The notes beneath the pieces were generated by a model, which did no database searches, was not told where the DNA came from, and worked only from the letters and a program-made list of their open reading frames with translations. From NCBI GenBank assembly GCA_965248355.1, contig OZ252098.1, positions 3,136,001-3,200,000 of the forward strand: a stretch of DNA of 64,000 nt, in the 5' to 3' direction. Position 1 is the first letter of the stretch. Each line of letters starts with the position of its first letter. Shown piece after piece: positions 61,137 through 64,000 of the stretch. Position numbers and translations under genes: made by a program. The DNA is from Candidatus Latescibacterota bacterium. Its GTDB lineage: Bacteria > Latescibacterota > UBA2968 > UBA8231.

Positions 61137-63491
61137 TCAGCGCAGCAGCAGCATGCGGCGGTGGACGGCCCACTCGCGGGTCTCGAGGCGGTAGACGTAG
61201 ACACCGCTGGCCGCGTCCCGGCCGTAGTCATCCCGGCCGTCCCAGGACAGGCGGTGCTCGCCGGCCCCGGCGGCGTCGACCCGCAGGGTCCGCACCACCT
61301 GCCCCGACAGGTTGTAGATGCTCAGGCGCATGGCGTCGCCCGCCAGTCCCGCCGGGACCTGGAAGGGGATCACCGTGGAGCTGTTGAAGGGGTTGGGCGC
61401 GTTCTGCTGCAGCACCGGGCGGGCGGGGCCCGTTCCCGGGCGGATCTCCCAGGCCTGGTCCTCCACCACCACCACCATGGCCTGCCCCAGTTGGGCGAAC
61501 AGGGCCAGCTCCGCGGGCTGGCCGGCCAGGCCTTCGTACAGCTTCCTCGGCATCTCGGGCCGGTAGGCCCGGTCGATCCACACCTCGTCGAGCAGCTCGA
61601 AGTCGCGGCCCATCCAGTGGGCGGTGGCGCGAGTCTCTTCCACCGACGTGGCTGACCGGTCATCGTCCTCGTCGTCCTCGCCGCCCGTGAAGCCGTCGCA
61701 GGTCGGGCAGTCGTCGCCCCCGCCGACAGCCACGTCGCGCGGCTCGGGGTTGACCTCCACGCCCTCGTCCGGGGCGAAGAGCGAAGTGCGCCGGGTCACC
61801 AGGCGGTAGTCCAGGCCCAAGGCCAGGATGTCGTCCAGCAGCTCCAGCTCGGGGCCGAAACGGGCGATCTGCTCCTCCAGGGCCAGGATCTTCTGATAGG
61901 CCCACAGACGAGGCAGCAGGTCCAGCGAAACGTCGGTTTCGGTGAACTCCAGCGGGAAGTCCGCCGAGACGTCCTTCTCCCCCACCTGGCCGCTCACGCT
62001 CAGGGTGAAGAGACCGCCCTGCGGGTAGCGGCCCACCTGGAACAGCTCCCGGCCGGCGGCCAGGGTCTCCACCCCGCGGGGGTGCACGTCGTGGATCTCC
62101 ACCGACCCGAAGGACAGCTCGTCGACCAGCAGCACGGGGAAGGTGAAGTCCTCGAACAGCTCCCGAAGCGCCGCTTCGATGTCCCCCTCCTCCGACAGGA
62201 AGTGCGCCTCGCCGCCGTGCTCCTCGGCCAGCACCGACAGGAACGCCTGGTCCACGTCGCTCCCCACGCCGATGGTGAACAGCCGCGCCCGGCCCCCCGA
62301 CCACTTCCCCACCAGCTCGCTCAGTGGCCCCAGCTCGATCTCGCCCAGATTCGGCAGCCCGTCCGTTAGGAAGATGACGTGGTTCACCCGGCCGGCGGGG
62401 AAGTCCTGCTGCATGGCTCTCCCCAGACCCGCCTCGAAGTTGCTCACCCCCAGAGCGTCCTGCTGGTTGATGAAGGCCGCGGCCGACTCCAGGTTCGACG
62501 CGTTGGCCGGCACCGGCGCCGCGGCGAAGGACTCGGCCCGGTGGCTGAAGACGACGATGTTGAACAGATCCGCCGACTCCAGATTCGCCAGCGCCGCCAC
62601 CAGCGCCCCCTTCACCGCCTCCAGCTTGCCCCGCTGCATGCTCGAGGAGATGTCGATGACGAAGGTCAGGCTGCGAGGCAGGGGATCGCCCTCGCTCAGC
62701 TCCGGCAGCGGCGGCAGCCACAGGGCGTAGTAGCCCAGGGCCTCGTCCTCCTCCGGCGCGAAGCTGAGCACCGTCGGCTGCAGGAGATCCCCGGTCCGCT
62801 GGATTGTGAGGGTGAAGTCCTCACGGGGCGTCAACTCCTCGTCGCCGAAGAACACGTGCGCCGTGCTCGCGTCGGGCCGGTCCACCTCGGTGAGCCGCGG
62901 CAGACCCGTGGTCGTGGCCTCGAAGGCGTGCTGGCTGCGCACCTGGGCGCGCAGCACGAACAGCTCCATCTGCAGCGCCTGGTCGGTCTCCGGCGCCAGC
63001 GGGAAGGTGTAGTCGATGCGCCCGTTGCGCGCGTCCAGAAGCTGCATGTACTCGAACTCCACCCGCCGGCTACCCCCCGCCGGGAAGGGGAAGATGCTCA
63101 GCCGGAACGAGTTCGGCGTCACCTGCTCGATCAGGGCCGGGTCGATGCGCTGGCGCACGATGTCGTCGTACACCCGGCGCGCCTCCTCCTTCTCCATGAT
63201 CAGCCCCTGGATCCGCTTGTCGCCGATCCACAGCACCAGGTCGGTGATGATGGCGCCTTCGGGCAGGGTGAACTCGTAGATCCCCTCCACCTCCCACTCG
63301 GCGTGGTTGGTGAAGATCTGGTCCGTGCGCGTGCGAGCCACCCGCTCGTCGATGCGCACGTCCACGGTGACCTCGGTCAACTCCAGGTGCTGGCGGCCGT
63401 CGTCGCCCACACCGGTGTACACGTAACCGATGCCGAGGGCGGGCAGGGGGGTCAGCAGCAGGGAGGTGAGAAGAATGAGTCGAAGGTGCAT
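61137..63491 (-). CDS. Secreted VIT plus vWA domain protein with FlgD-Ig C-terminal domain
   Basis: Signal peptide, QIFTN...EGIYEF.LP (VIT), VIDISSSM (MIDAS), FLTDG, QNAPNPFNSST...IYNLSGQ...WDGRD...SGVYVYRL. Confidence 0.9.
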   Translation of the reverse strand: MHLRLILLTSLLLTPLPALGIGYVYTGVGDDGRQHLELTEVTVDVRIDERVARTRTDQIFTNHAEWEVEGIYEFTLPEGAIITDLVLWIGDKRIQGLIMEKEEARRVYDDIVRQRIDPALIEQVTPNSFRLSIFPFPAGGSRRVEFEYMQLLDARNGRIDYTFPLAPETDQALQMELFVLRAQVRSQHAFEATTTGLPRLTEVDRPDASTAHVFFGDEELTPREDFTLTIQRTGDLLQPTVLSFAPEEDEALGYYALWLPPLPELSEGDPLPRSLTFVIDISSSMQRGKLEAVKGALVAALANLESADLFNIVVFSHRAESFAAAPVPANASNLESAAAFINQQDALGVSNFEAGLGRAMQQDFPAGRVNHVIFLTDGLPNLGEIELGPLSELVGKWSGGRARLFTIGVGSDVDQAFLSVLAEEHGGEAHFLSEEGDIEAALRELFEDFTFPVLLVDELSFGSVEIHDVHPRGVETLAAGRELFQVGRYPQGGLFTLSVSGQVGEKDVSADFPLEFTETDVSLDLLPRLWAYQKILALEEQIARFGPELELLDDILALGLDYRLVTRRTSLFAPDEGVEVNPEPRDVAVGGGDDCPTCDGFTGGEDDEDDDRSATSVEETRATAHWMGRDFELLDEVWIDRAYRPEMPRKLYEGLAGQPAELALFAQLGQAMVVVVEDQAWEIRPGTGPARPVLQQNAPNPFNSSTVIPFQVPAGLAGDAMRLSIYNLSGQVVRTLRVDAAGAGEHRLSWDGRDDYGRDAASGVYVYRLETREWAVHRRMLLLR

Positions 63492-63531
63492 GGAGGGCTC
63501 CTTTCGAAGGAGAGGGACGACGGAGGTCGGG

Positions 63532-64000
63532 TCAGTAGGTGACATCGACTCCCCGTGCTCTCAGGGCGGGGATCTGTTCGTTGATGGCCTGGTCACTGAG
63601 GGGGTTGCCTTTCAAGTCTATGTCAGCACGGAAGTCCATGTTGGCGACCAAAGAAGGGCTTATGTCCGTGATCCGGTTGTATCTCAGGTTCAGCCATCCC
63701 AAATTGGTTAGCGAAGCCAGAGCACTAAAGTCGGTGATCTGGTTCCCTCCCAAATAAAGCTGCCACAGGTTGGGCACGGAGGCTAGCGCCGCAATATCGC
63801 TAATCTCGTTATTCAGCAAGTAAAGCGTGCTCAGATTCAGGGAAGCCAAGGGGCCGACATCCGAAATCTGGTTGTTGCTCAAAGCCAAGTCATGTAGACG
63901 GACCAACGAGGCAAGGCTGCTCACATCCACGATCTGGTTGTGGCTCAGTTCCAGCTCTGCCAGGTTGGTCAGGGACGCCAGCCCGCTCACATCCACGATC
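63532..64000 (-). CDS. Internalin-type leucine-rich-repeat protein, 3' part only (runs off the window)
   Basis: 22-aa repeats LASLTNLxxLxLxxNQIxD and C-terminal cap LKGNPLS....QIPALRARGV. Confidence 0.9.
   Translation of the reverse strand, partial: IVDVSGLASLTNLAELELSHNQIVDVSSLASLVRLHDLALSNNQISDVGPLASLNLSTLYLLNNEISDIAALASVPNLWQLYLGGNQITDFSALASLTNLGWLNLRYNRITDISPSLVANMDFRADIDLKGNPLSDQAINEQIPALRARGVDVTY

Overview
High-GC bacterial DNA. The FlgD-Ig C-terminal domain, internalin-type LRR protein, DUF5916, many Gfo/Idh/MocA and mandelate-racemase genes and long ABC permease suggest an FCB-group organism such as Ca. Latescibacterota, possibly host-associated; this is inference only. Intact catabolic and housekeeping genes alternate with three damaged or accessory zones. 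(i) 12.7-21.6 kb: a sigma70 promoter, an Asn/Asp-rich 20-aa leader peptide and a terminator/antiterminator pair lie upstream of a multiply deleted aspS. It is fused to type IIG restriction-modification fragments and followed by a coupled XRE-IrrE / DUF4411 / PLD-helicase / MNT / HEPN operon hit by an ISAzo13-type IS. (ii) 35-46.6 kb: IS91/ISCR relics and a nuclease-STAND (Avs-like) gene broken by IS66, IS1380 and ISAzo13, the last carrying a nested ISKra4. (iii) 48.9-51.5 kb: a circularly permuted, gene-sized ABC-permease unit inserted into a Gfo/Idh/MocA gene at a 4-bp GACC duplication, with no transposase or integrase. The most novel-looking signals are the putative Asn/Asp-sensing aspS attenuator and the permuted gene-circle insertion. 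I saw no rRNA, tRNA or CRISPR array. All family calls come from motifs recognised by eye, not from database searches.
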